DNA of 64,000 bases from NCBI RefSeq assembly GCF_009914755.1, contig NC_060931.1; one strand, 5' to 3'. This DNA is from the human T2T-CHM13v2.0 reference genome, Homo sapiens. The notes below the pieces were generated by a model that was not told the DNA's origin, did no database searches, and saw only the letters and a list, made by a program, of their open reading frames with translations. The position numbers and the translations under genes are program-made. This document shows, piece after piece, positions 41,271-55,850 of the stretch (its first letter is position 1; each line of letters starts with the position of its first letter).

Positions 41271-42844
41271 TAAGAAACAAAATAATTAGATGAATTATGT
41301 TCTCTTTAAAAAATTACTTGAAAATTATATGATTGATTTTAAATTATTTCTTATAATTTCAGAATTAATTTATGTGTTTAATTTTTAAAGCGTAAAATCT
41401 GTAAAGATGAAAGTCATCAATTACTTGGAATAGTGTCATCAAGTGAGACTTTTCTTCCGTGTTGATTTGGCTGTGTTCTCCAAGTTAAATGTGTAAAATC
41501 ACTTCTTTTTTCCCCCCTTTTTTTTTTTAACTGTGGAAAATCTAAAGTCTTCAAGAATCCTTGATGAATTCAAGTTCTGTCTTATAAATAGTACTAACCT
41601 TGTTTCATAAATTAGCATCTGAAATTAAATTAGGCATCCAATAAATATTTGCTGAATGAAGTAGACTTTAAAATCTAAATATGTTAAATAGTGTTTCCTG
41701 TTTAAGACTATTTTCTATTATAAAATTAATACCTGCAAATTTTAAAGGTTTTAGTGTCTTTAAAAAATATTTCTTACAATCAAATACAGTGTTCTTCACC
41801 AGGGGAGTTCTGAAAAGTAAAATTTCCTCCATGTCATGTCACATTTCTTCCCCTGAGGAAAAGTTTTGCACAACATCTTTGTATGCTCTTCCCAGAAATT
41901 CTCTTTCCAAAGTATGGTGTGGGGTAGTCAAACCCAGTGTTTCCTTGTGGTTCTCATCCTTTTCCATGCTGGACCTCCTCCCACCAAATTCCTACTCCTT
42001 CTCTGAGAAGATTTGCATTAACTCATATGGTCTTCACTCCCTGGAATGTTTCTCTGGGTCTCCTTTTCCAGATACTGGTTTCCTACCTCTTACTTCCTTT
42101 ATCTTGGCCCCATCAGACTGGCATCTGCTAGCATCAGCCAATGCTCTGTAGGCTTTGAGAAATAAGGGATGTTTCCCTTAGATTTAAGGGTAATCTCTGT
42201 GAGACCAGAATAGAGTTTTTCTCGTGGATAAACTTTACTATAGAATTTTCCATCATTTCTACAGCCATGTTCTGGCAGGCCTGTTGTTTTTGAGAACCTG
42301 TCTTGTATGTCCAGGGACAGGAGCAGTAGCTGGGAGGTTGCTCAGAATTGTTTTCTTCAGACCAGATCCCTTATACCTGAGGTAAAAATAGTGGGGCTTA
42401 GTCTTTGACCAGGGCTGATGATTTTTCTGGGTAGCCTTCTGACTGGGATAAGGTAGGGTGCAGTGGACTTAATTGCTAATATGACCCTTCCTTCATAGTG
42501 TGTCAGGAATTTATGCCTTGGCTTCCAAGTCAGAACTGACTCTGTTAACTCCGATTTTAGTTCCTTGAAAGCTGCCAGTGTTACTTTTTTCACACTTCTT
42601 GAATTAGCCTCGCTAACAGAAAACTTCAGGGGTACATCAGGCCTCCTGTGAAGTTTCTCTTTTTCAGGAGTTTCACAATAAATTCTTCTCTCAGAATTTT
42701 TTCCAAAAAACTCTTGTTTTCCACTCTGTTATATATTCCTGATTTTAAAATACCTCTGAAGTCTTAACACATATACAGGGAACTCTGCTTTTTTCTGTTG
42801 TTTTTATTATATATGTATTTAAAATTTTTTTTAAAATTATTTTT

Positions 42845-42970
42845 AAAGAAAATAGAGATGGGGTCTTGCCATGTTGCCCAGGTTGGTCTTGAACTCCTGG
42901 CCTCAAGCAATCTTCCTGCCTCGGCCCCCCAAAGTGTTGGGATTACAGGCATGAGCCACCACGTCCAGCC
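42845..42970 (-). mobile_element. FLAM / Alu monomer
   Basis: Single antisense Alu arm. Confidence 0.85.
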
Positions 42971-43907
42971 TCTTTTCTGTTGTCTTTATGATTAGAAATT
43001 GACATTATTCTTTTTGTTATCAAATAGCCATTTAGAGGCTGTAAGTTGGGTGTACTGGCATCTTTGAAAGCACATAGAATTCCTAATGCTGGACCTTAAA
43101 CTTTTTATTCATCTACTTTATCCCTACTTCTCTGCCACTTTGTAGGATTTCTGAGACAAATTTTAACCACCACTGCAGTGGCTCCTGGTGCTGCTAAGAT
43201 CTCCTCCAATTTCTGGTAGCATGTAGTCCTGATGAGACATTCCATTGCATGTCTTGTAGCTATCTCAGTAGAAGCCCAGTTTCCAGGGCCTTCTGCCTCA
43301 GAGTATTATCTACTATGGATCTCCTTTCCCTTTCCAGGAAAGACTAGTTTAAGAAGTAGTCTTTCTTTAACTGAGCCTCAGAAGGCACACAAACTTCCAA
43401 ATTTCGTATTTTAAGAAGGAATTTCCGGGACCTAATTACTCTAATATGCTCTCAGTACCAGCTGCTCCATCTGAGGGAATTTTCCCAGGACCATCTTGGA
43501 CTAGCATAATTGGTGTCGTACCCAGCACCATATGTCTAGCAGTTGAACAGTCATGGTGAGGAATCACTTCCGTCGTAGTTCCAGGATAGCAGTTTAATTT
43601 GCAGTGCAGCTGGTGCTGTACCTGGTTCAAATGACCCAAACAAATCAGGTCCGCCAGATGTTGGCTGAGGCCTCGTTGCCCTTCAGCTCCTCTGTCTGCT
43701 GATGCTTGTCTCTGTTTAGCCTCATTTCCCCCCAGGTGCAAAGCTCCACCCCTTCACCATTTTCATAAAATCCTCTGTACATAGTCTTCTGTGGGTACCA
43801 TTACTCTCCTGAAGTTTTGATGGTATCAGTCAGCATCATGTCTCAGCTCTTACTTCCTCTGTCTTCGTTCTCTTTTCATCATTCATCCCCTCTTCCTTCT
43901 TCCGCAG

Positions 43908-44014
43908 AAGCATCTCAGAGGCTCTCCAGTGACGTGCTGTTAAAAGTGCTGACCCTGGGTCAGACCCTTTGGGTTGGCTTCGTGGCTCCACGACTTACTC
44001 TCTACCCTTGGCAG
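43908..44014 (+). other. Candidate UMAD1 alternative exon (107 nt; continues exon-2 frame as EASQRLSSDVLLKVLTLGQTLWVGFVAPRLTLYPWQ)
   Basis: Very long polypyrimidine tract ending CCGCAG|AAG, donor CAG|GTTAGT; open in the phase-1 frame. Confidence 0.6.
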
Positions 44015-45360
44015 GTTAGTTACCCTTCCCAGTACCACTTAGCATATCTAGGAAATGAGCACGATATCGGTACCTACCCCATGAAGTTATTGAGGGGAAT
44101 AAATGAGTTAATGTGTGTAAAATGTTTAGAAAAACCCTGTGAGTGAGGTAGTACTATTATATCACCATACACAGGCTAGGATTTAATGTTTCCAAGTTTC
44201 TCCAGTTAGTATGTAGCAGATCTGGAATTAGCCCAGGCAATCTGACTTCAGAACCTATCCTCTAAACCACTGAACTATCCATCTTTTTGTAAAAAAAGTT
44301 ATATCATCAGTTTTAATTCTAAGACATTATTGACATCCTAACCTCTTTGTTTTTTAAAAAAAGTTGTATTCTCTACAATTGAAAAGAGAAAGTGCTGTTT
44401 TTTATTTGTTTTAATAAAAGAAGGTTGGTGGTTGTAATACTGTTCATAAAGTTTGGCTTTTATTTTGGCTAACCCAAACTTTTTACTATTTAATAGTTTA
44501 AATGTTTTTAAAATATTTTAAAATATTTCAGAAAACTCCTTGATGAAGTTGAAATTGGAAGTTGGTATATATGGTTTAATTAGTGAAAACATCCTTCAGT
44601 GGTGAAGAACTTAACTGAATTGACAGATAAAGATCTTGACAGATTATTAGGAATATAGTTAATTGTCTTTAAAGTTATAGTTAATTATCAGGTAAACTCT
44701 TTTTTAAAAAATTGATTTGCTCTGCTAGGTTTCTCTTTTTATTATATCATTCTATACTGACATATATAATATCTACTTTAGTCTCAGAGCATACTGTATA
44801 AAATATTCTGGAAAAAGTCAAGTAGATCAAATGGTAAATAGAAAATGCTTTTAATGCTTTTATTAACATGGACACATACTTGCACACATCTGTTTTGTTT
44901 TAAATTTTTTATTTTTAATCATTATGGGTCCGTAATAGTTGTATATATTTACAGGGTACATGTGATGTTTTGACACAGGCATATAATGTGTAGTGATCAA
45001 ATCAGGGTAATTAGGATATCTATCACTTCAAGCAATTATTTCTTTGTGTTAGCAACATTCAATTTCCACTCTTTTAGTTATTTAAAAATATACAATAAAT
45101 TATTGTTAACTATAGTCACCCTATTGTGCTACCAAATACTAGATCTTATTCCTTCTATCTAACTGTATTTTTGTACCCATCATCCATCCCCATTTTATTT
45201 CCCTCTTTCTGCTACCCTTCCTTGCCTTTGGTAACCATCATTCTATTCTCTATCTCCATGAGTTCAATTTGAAAAAAACTGAGCTCCCTCATATGAGTGA
45301 GAAAATGTGAAATTTGTCTTTTTGTGCCTGCTTTATTTCACTTTACATGATCTCCTCTAG

Positions 45361-45776
<416 letters not shown>

Positions 45777-46206
45777 TATCTATTCATCTGTTGATGGAGA
45801 CACTTAGGTTGATTCTATATGTTGGCTATTGTGAATAGTACTGCAATAAACATGGGAATGTGGACGTCTCTTTGATATGCTGATTTCTTCTTTTGGGTAT
45901 GTACCCAGCAATAGAATTGCTGTATCATATAGTAGTTCTGTTTTTAGTTTTTTGAGGAATCTCCATACTGGTCTTCATACTGGCTGTACTAATTTACATT
46001 CCTGCCACCAGGGTATGAGGTCCCTTTTCTACACATCCTTGCCAGCATTTGTTATTGCTTATCTTTTGGATTAAAGCCATTTTAACTGGGTTGAGATGAT
46101 ATCTCATTTTGATTTTGATTTGCATTTCTCTGATGATCAACAATATTGAACGTTTTTTTAATATGCCTATTGGTCATTTTGTATGTCTTGAGAAATAGCT
46201 ATTCAG

Positions 46207-48234
46207 ATATATAAAAAAATATATTTATATATTATTTAATATATATTTAATTTTATATAATAAATATATATTTATATATTTAATTTATAGATAATATATA
46301 TTTATATATTTAATATAGATAAATATATTTATATACTTAATTTATAGATAAATATATATTTATATACTTAATTTATAGATAAATATATATTTATATACTT
46401 AATTTATAGATAAATATATATTTATATACTTAATTTATAGATAAATATATATTTATATATTTAGTTTATAAATATATATTTATATATTTAGTTTATAAAT
46501 ATATATTTATATATTTAGTTTATAAATATATATTTATATATTTAGTTTATAAATATATTTATATATTTAGTTTATAAATATATTTATATATTTAGTTTAT
46601 AAACATATATTTATATATTTAGTTTATAAACATATATTTATATATTTAGTTTATAAACATATATTTATATATTTAGTTTATAAACATATATTTATATATT
46701 TAGTTTATAAACATATATTTATATATTTAGTTTATAAACATATATTTATATATTTAGTTTATAAACATATATTTATATATTTAGTTTATAAACATATATT
46801 TATATATTTAGTTTATAAACATATATTTATATATTTAGTTTATAAACATATATTTATATATTTAGTTTATAAACATATATTTATATATTTAGTTTATAAA
46901 CATATATTTATATATTTAGTTTATAAACATATATTTATATATTTAGTTTATAAACATATATTTATATATTTAGTTTATAAACATATATTTATATATTTAG
47001 TTTATAAACATATATTTATATATTTAGTTTATAAACATATATTTATATATTTAGTTTATAAATATATATTTATATATTTAGTTTATAAATATATATTTAT
47101 ATATTTAGTTTATAAATATATATTTATTTATTTAGTTTATAAATATATATTTATTTAGTTTATAAATATATATTTACATATTTAGTTTATAAATATATAT
47201 TTATTTAGTTTATAAATACATATTTACATATTTAGTTTATAAATATTTACATATTTAGTTTATAAATACATATTTACATATTTAGTTTATAAATACATAT
47301 TTACATATTTAGTTTATAAATACATATTTATATATTTAGTTTATAAATACATATTTATATATTTAGTTTATAAATATATATTTATATATTTAATTTATAG
47401 ATAAATATATATTTATATATTTAATTTATAGATAAATATATATTTATATATTTAGTTTATAGATAAATATATATTTATATATTTAGTTTATAGATAAATA
47501 TATATTTATATATTTAGTTTATAGATAAATATATATTTATATATTTAGTTTATAGATAAATATATATTTATATATTTAGTTTATAGATAAATATATATTT
47601 ATATATTTAGTTTATAGATAAATATATATTTATATATTTAGTTTATAGATAAATATATATTTATATATTTAGTTTATAGATACATGTTTATATATTTAGT
47701 TTATAGATAAATATATATTTATATATTTAGTTTATAGATAATATATATTTATATATTTAATTTATAGATAAATATATATTTATATATTTAATTTATAGAT
47801 AAATATATATTTATATATTTAATTTATAGATAAATATATATTTATATTTAATTTATAGATAAATATATATTTATATATTTAATTTATAGATAAATATATA
47901 TTTATATATTTAATTTATAGATAAATATATATTTATATATTTAATTTATAGATAAATATATATTTATATATTTAATTTATAGATAAATATATATTTATAT
48001 ATTTAATTTATAGATAAATATATATTTATATATTTAATTTATAGATAAATATATATTTATATATTTAATTTATAGATAAATATATATTTATATATTTAAT
48101 TTATAGATAAATATATATTTATATATTTAATTTATAGATAAATATATATTTATATATTTAGTTTATAGATAAATATATATTTATATATTTAGTTTATAGA
48201 TAAATATATATTTATATATTTAATTTATAGATAA

Positions 48235-48256
<22 letters not shown>
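46207..48256. repeat. ~2 kb AT-rich minisatellite (27-bp and 31-bp related units)
   Basis: ATATATTTATATATTTAGTTTATAAAC (centre) and ATATATATTTATATATTTAATTTATAGATAA (flanks). Confidence 0.98.
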
Positions 48257-48265
<9 letters not shown>

Positions 48266-51200
48266 TATTAAGAGGCAATAACTCACTATGTTACTCAGGC
48301 CACTTTCGAACTCTTAGGCTCAAGCCATCTTCCTGCCTCTGCCTCCCAAAGTGCTGGGATTACAGGCGTGAGCTGCTATGCCTGGCCTGCCCATTTTAAA
48401 ATTGGATTATTTTATTTTTTCCTGTTGAGTTGTTTGAGTTCCTTATATATACTGATTGTTCATCCATTGTCAGATGAGTAGTTTGCAAATATTTTCTCCC
48501 ATTCTGTGGGTTGTCTCTTTACTGTTGATTAATCATTTCTTTTGTTGTGCAGAAGCCTTTTAACTTGATGTAATCCCATTTGTCCATTTTTGCTTTGGTT
48601 GCCTGTGCTTGTGGGGTATTACTCAAGAAATCTTTGTTCAGATTACTGTCCTGTAGCATTTGCCCAATGCTTTCTTCTAGTAGTTTCGTAGTTTCAGGTC
48701 TTAGATTTACGTATTTTATCCATTTTGATTTGATTTTTGTATGTGGCGAGAGATAGGGGTCTAGTTTTATTCTTCTGCATATAGATATCCAGTTTTCCCA
48801 GCACCACTGATTCAAGACTTCCTTTTCCCAATGTATATCCTTGGCACCCTTGTTGAAAATGAGTTCATTGTAAATGTGTGAATTTATTCCTGGGTTCTGT
48901 ATTTGGTTCCATTCGTCCATGTGTCTGTTTTTATGCCGGTACTGTGCTATTTTAGTTACTATAGCTTTTTAGTATAATTTGAAGTCAGGTAGTGTGATTC
49001 GTCTAATTTTGTTGTTTTTGCTTAGAACAGTTTTGGCTTCTCTGGGTCTTTTGTGATTCTATATAAATGTTAGGATTATTTTTTCCATTTCTGTGAAGAA
49101 TGTCTTTGGTATTTTGATAGTGATTGCATTGAATCTGTAGATTGTTTTGGGTAGTATGGACATTTTAACAATACTGATTCTTCCAATCCATAAATTTGGA
49201 ATATCTTTCCATTTTTTTTATGTGTGTTCTCTTTGGTTGCTTTCATCAGTATTTTATAATTTTTATTTTAGAGATCTTTCACTTTGGTTATATTTATTCC
49301 TAAGTATTTTATTTTACTGGTAGCTTTATAAATGGGATTACTTTCTTGGTTTCTTTTTCAAATTGTTTGCTGTTGGCATATAAAAATGCTATTGATTTTT
49401 GTATGTTGATTTTGTATGCCGTAACCTTACTGAATTTATTTATTAGTTCTGATAGTTTTTTTAGTTGCATACACATGTATCATGGTTAGCATATATCCAC
49501 ATAACTTTTTTTGTGGCATCGTGTGCAATACGTACATTACAGAAAAATAAATATATTTTGTTGGTTTGTGTGTTTGTTGATGTCTAAATGATAAAGCTAA
49601 GTAAAAACTTATAAACATGATTATATTTGTAGCAACAACTTTTTATCAATATGGACACCACAGAATTTGTTAGATTATCTCCTTATGTGGCCTTTATAAC
49701 CCATTTCTAGAAAGGTCAGAGTAAATTATGTTGTTTAAGCTATAAATTATCTATTTTTTTCCACTTGAGAATACCTTTTCCCCTAGGCAAGCATTTCTGC
49801 TTAACACAAATAGGTTTTAGGTCACAATTATTAGATGGCATTGCAGAGTTGATGGAATCAACACATCATGACTTGAAATTCAGGTCTGGGCAGAGTCTAG
49901 ACACTTGTTTTGGTAATAGGAATATCTGGGCTGTTCATATACAGTTAGCTCACATTTGGACAGAAAACCTTTCTCCGCATTAAGATTTCGAAAGCTTTTA
50001 GCCTCTGTAAAATGTCTAGTGGTGCCGAATAAGAATAAGGGAAAAAAGTTCTTGTAGAAAAACATCCTTTCCCTTGTAACCAGTTCCTATTCACGTAAGA
50101 AGGTAATAGCTATTCCTTCATTCAGTAATGAAGTTGAAGTAATCCTCCAGGGTACTCATTTTACACAAAAACAAATTGCAGTTTTCATTTGCATCACTGG
50201 GTGGCGATTTTTCATAGCCTTATACTACTATTTAAAAATCCAGCAAGCATGGCACTATTCGTAATTACCAGGGTTTTCTCCTGTTATGACATGTTTAATT
50301 GTACTTTTAAGACATTATCTTTAAGTTGATTACAAATTTACTAGTGTAGTGGCAAGCTCATAGTTATTTTAAGTTAGGAAAAGGGATATTGCGTAAATGT
50401 TAGGATATAATTCCTTCCAAAACTAAGACAAAAGCATGAATTAGCTTATTATGTTATAGCAAAAAGAAGGAAAAATAACAACAAAAAGTAATAGGATATA
50501 AATGAAAAGGAACAATTTAGATATTGTTGTTGGTTCACTAATATTGTTGACCAAATATTGAATATAACTTTGAAGCAGGCAGAATGAAATTGGGCAAACA
50601 CTATTGTAGAGATTAAAGGAATTGGGTTACAGTACAAGGGAAATGCATCATGGTTTTCAGAATATGCAGGTGCTTCTTCAAGTAGGGCATAAGAACTTCT
50701 AGTTTCCATTAAGCTAATTATTTTGTAACACTTGCTGAATTTAGAACCAGAATTTAATAATTCACAGCAGCTTGGATTTCACCTTTTAAAATACTTAAAA
50801 CACATTGAAATATGTAATTTAGTCTCACCTTCTGTTTTCCAGTCTCAATGATCAGTCAGATATTGAAAATAAGTGAGTTATTTTTAAGATTATCTCCTAT
50901 GGAATTCCTCATTCTGGGAACCAAACCACATATACATACTTCATTTAAACGATCATATTTTTATATGGAACTTTTAAAGGTAGTCTCTTCATCGCTGTGT
51001 TGTTTCCTTTATTTAAAAGTGGAAATTTAGCTGTATACATAAAAATTTACATTCTAAGGAATGAGGGACAGTAAGTCACTTTGATTCTGTCTAGGGTTGA
51101 AGGCTTTAATTAAAACAGTGACAAAAACTAAACAGGTTTTCAACATGTGCTTCCTATTTTTATTGCCTGTTCTTACAAAAAATGTATACCAGATCTTTAA

Positions 51201-51759
51201 AAAATTAGAGTGTTTATGGATTAAAAAGTAACTTACCCTATCGCTGTCTCCTTACCCACGTATCGGGATATCCAGAAAAACTTGATTTACATTTAATTTA
51301 CTTAGCAGTTTTTGTGTTTTTACTTTTGACCTTTAAATTGCAAAGCAAGTATGCCAGGATTTTTCAACTAACTTCATGATGTAGATGCTTGTTTTTCTAT
51401 TAAGAAATGTGGAGTTGTGTGTCTAATGGATAGAATTAACAGTATTTTCAGTCACTGTTACCTGATTCTGGTTTACCTGTTAATCTAGCAGCGTTTCAGT
51501 TTCAGTTTTTCGGAGGTGAAAAAGTTAGGTTAGGCCATCCCCGTGTGGGGTACACCACCCTTCCTTAACTCCTTGAATGTACAGTGAAAGGCAATTGCAT
51601 GAAGGAAGAGGAGAGGTGCCAACTGTACTCAGAGGCAGAACTGAGCCTTCTGTTTGGCACAGTTAATTGTGGGAAAGTCATTCATTTTTTTCGGGGACTC
51701 AGTGGATTTAGTTGACTCAAACGTAAATTAGGGATCTATCTCTCTGTGATTCTAACCCT

Positions 51760-51916
51760 TCTGTGCATTAGGGGATACTTAGAAAAAAATACTGGTGCTG
51801 GGACCCATTCCTAGATTCTGATTAAAAGGTCCTGGGATTAGGCCCAGGAATTGATTTTTTCCCCCCAGAGTTCTCCAGATGATTCTAGAGTTCATGCAAG
51901 GCTGAGAAGCACTACA
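51760..51916. mobile_element. MER5-like hAT fragment
   Basis: GATTCTGATT...CCAGATGATTCT...GCTGAGAAGCACT. Confidence 0.6.
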
Positions 51917-52133
51917 GTTCACTCTCTAATAATTGTATGTCATCAAATAATGTGTTGAGACACTTTGAAAAAGACTTCATAAAATATAAAGTTACAGTTT
52001 CTTTTTTAGTTGAGCCATAAACAAAAAGCAAATAAAACCACAGAATTTCTGGGTAATTACATTTCCTTCAATATATTAAATCATTAAATAGAAAAAGAGC
52101 AGAAAGCTTCATACATGATCCTATGAAATGAAA

Positions 52134-52463
<330 letters not shown>

Positions 52464-52468
52464 TAATA

Positions 52469-53120
<652 letters not shown>

Positions 53121-53802
53121 TTTTGAAACCTTAGATGTTTTTTGAAAAATCAGTGGAACAACTGGGAAGCATTTTATTAAATTAATTATACAATGTGAAT
53201 TCCAACTGATCTATGACTCTTTCTGGCTTTAGCCATAGTACAACTATGAATTTATGTGAAATTATTTGACAGATTAACACCCGTAAACTTTTCAAACCAA
53301 CATTTGAGGTACCTTTTAAAAATCAGACTAACGCATTCAAGCAGCCATGTTTTAATACAACTATTTGGGGGTAGTTGACTGTTTCACTATGGTACTATTT
53401 CCTTGAAGGGTGCTTATTCCATACAACATCTGTAGGGAAAACATTGTAAGTATGCATACCATGTTATGTACATGGAATTTCTCCTACTGTTTCCTTACAG
53501 GCTTTACTAATGCTGTAACTTCACATTTTGTCAGATTTAACTCAAAAATTATGATGAGTGGCTTTCATATTTATTTAAACTTTATTATTTCATTATATTA
53601 AAGATATAGATAATGAGGATGAGACTCTAAGTAAAATGTACAGTATGAATATTCTACCTTGTATGAGTAATTCATATAGGGTTGGAAGACCTGAATGTCT
53701 TTCTGGTAATCTTAGTACTACAATATTCTTTTATACTTAAGTAATTATCATATTGAGCATCTGTTTTTTTTATTCATTGCATGCAACCAATGCATATTAT
53801 GA

Positions 53803-54129
<327 letters not shown>

Positions 54130-54173
54130 ACATTAATCTTTATAAATGTGAATTTCTAAAAAATTTAAGTGTT

Positions 54174-54297
54174 GGCCCACTTGGTTTCTCAAGTTGCCTG
54201 CCTGACCCTCTTCGAAGTTGTACTTTTCTTCTTTTCTTTCCTTTCCGTACTATTCTAAAGCTTTTTAATAAACTTTCACTCCTGATCTGAAAAAGAA
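54174..54297 (+). mobile_element. Short polyadenylated LTR fragment (MER50/MER83-like R region) with TSD
   Basis: CTAAAGCTTTTTAATAAACTTTCACTCCTG then an A tail; AAAAATTTAAGTGTT on both sides. Confidence 0.75.
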
Positions 54298-54351
54298 AAA
54301 AATTTAAGTGTTTTCTTCCTTCATTATATCATGATAGAATTATGGTCTTAC

Positions 54352-54520
54352 CTTGGAAGAATAGTATCTCATAAAATAAGTAAGAAGAATGTGGTAAATT
54401 AGTGTCGTATCTTTTTTTGATTGTAGTAATCAGTAAGTGAACATTCTTGAGCACTTTCTCTATCCCAGGTGCTCTGCTGCTTGGTTAGGGATGCTCCAGA
54501 TTCCTGGGCCTTGCCCACAC
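54352..54520 (-). other. RPA3: Non-coding upstream exon of the long RPA3 isoform (169 nt)
   Basis: Acceptor TTCTGTTTCACTAG|G (inside a MER5A-like element) and strong donor AAG|GTAAGA. Confidence 0.7.
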
Positions 54521-54660
54521 CTAGTGAAACAGAATTTTGGGAGCTATAGCCAGAGAATCAGCATTTTAAGCAAGCAATGCATTTAGTATAGCTACTTGGG
54601 AAGAGTTGACTGTTTTACTCTACAGTATTTTTATGCATACTGATGTCTGAGAATTGCTGG
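54480..54660. mobile_element. MER5A-like
   Basis: CAGATTCCTGGGCC...GAATCAGCATTTTAAGCAAG...TCTGAGAATTGCTG. Confidence 0.65.
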
Positions 54661-55219
54661 AATAATTATTTTTATAAGGTATGGTAGAGGAGCAAAACTA
54701 TTCTAGGTGGTGGGGCAGATTGTGTAAAGTTATATAGCTTCAGAAGAATCTGATACATAGGCAGGGCCAGTATTCTTGGCTGAATAGAGAGGGTGTATCA
54801 GGGCCACTATTGGGAAGTGTGTCCAGAAACATGGTTTGTGGGCCTTGTGTGGCCTTCTCAAATGTTAGAATGTTATCCCATTGGCAGTAAGGAACTATCA
54901 GACCATTTTAAAGCAGTAAAGTTATGGGTTTTGTTTTTTTGTATTTTTTATCAGAAATTTATTGACAATTTTTTAAAAATGTAGATAATTTTTATAGTTT
55001 CAGCAAGATTGAGAATTATCTTTTAATGAAAAAACTAATTGCAGCATCATGTCCTGAATGCATTACTGAGAAGGCATGCACGTATACTCATACGAGGTTG
55101 ACAGAGTAAGTCAGAGAAACCACAACAACAAATTAATAAACTTTCCAGAACCATCATGCTGCAAAGTTATTTTTCTGAACACCTGATAATTTAACCTTTT
55201 AAATCTTCTTTAGCTTCAC

Positions 55220-55665
55220 TGTGATATGGGGCAGACACTACTAGTCCCTCAATATCTGTTTCCCCCTTTATCTTTCCATGTGGCCGTTTTCCAGTTAGGT
55301 GTGAAGATTATGATGAAGTTTCTGGCCAATGGGATATAAGAAGAAATGTTGTGTTGCAGATTCTAGGAAATCTTTTAAAAACACACTGCTGTGTACCTTC
55401 CTTACTCCTCTCCCCTGCCCCCACTTCCCTTATCCTGGAATGTGGATATGATGATTATGTAGAATTCTAGCCAGCATCTAAGACCATGAGAACTAGGGTA
55501 CGTTGTAAGGATAGCTGAAGAGTGAAGTCAAAGAGTTGTGAAGTTGCCATACCAGTCCTTTGAACTTTCCTTTGAACTTCCTTTATGTGAGACACAAAGT
55601 TCTGTTCTGTTTGAGCAACTATTTTATTATGTGATTTGCGGATGAACCAAGCCCTAAGTAATACA
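55220..55665 (+). mobile_element. MLT1 (G/H-like) LTR followed by MIR (about 55680-55795)
   Basis: TTCTGGCCAATGGGATATAAG...CCTAAGTAATACA; MIR core CATTTACTTGCTGTGTGA...CAGCCTCATTTTCCT. Confidence 0.65.
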
Positions 55666-55749
55666 GGTACTGAACTGGAAATAATAGTATTTGGATTCTA
55701 TTTAAGTTCTGTCATTTACTTGCTGTGTGATTTTGAGCAGGCTACTTAC

Positions 55750-55850
55750 CATTTCAGCCTCATTTTCCTTTTGTGTGAAATGTTAATGATATCATGGTGT
55801 CTTCATTACATTGTTGCAGGAGATGAAGCAAAAGGAAACTGTACACAGAT
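55750..55850 (-). other. RPA3: Non-coding upstream exon of the long RPA3 isoform (101 nt)
   Basis: Acceptor CCCTTTTGTCAGTGCAG|A and strong donor ATG|GTAAGT (inside an antisense MIR). Confidence 0.7.

Noticed and set aside
41681-42151. 156-aa ATG ORF downstream of UMAD1 exon 2
   Set aside because: Ser/Leu/Phe-rich composition typical of pyrimidine-rich intron; no recognisable domain.
54286-54305. Minus-strand acceptor formed by the retrocopy A tail (TTTTCTTTTTCAG)
   Set aside because: Only about 65 nt from the 54352 donor and with no convincing partner donor; not called as an exon.
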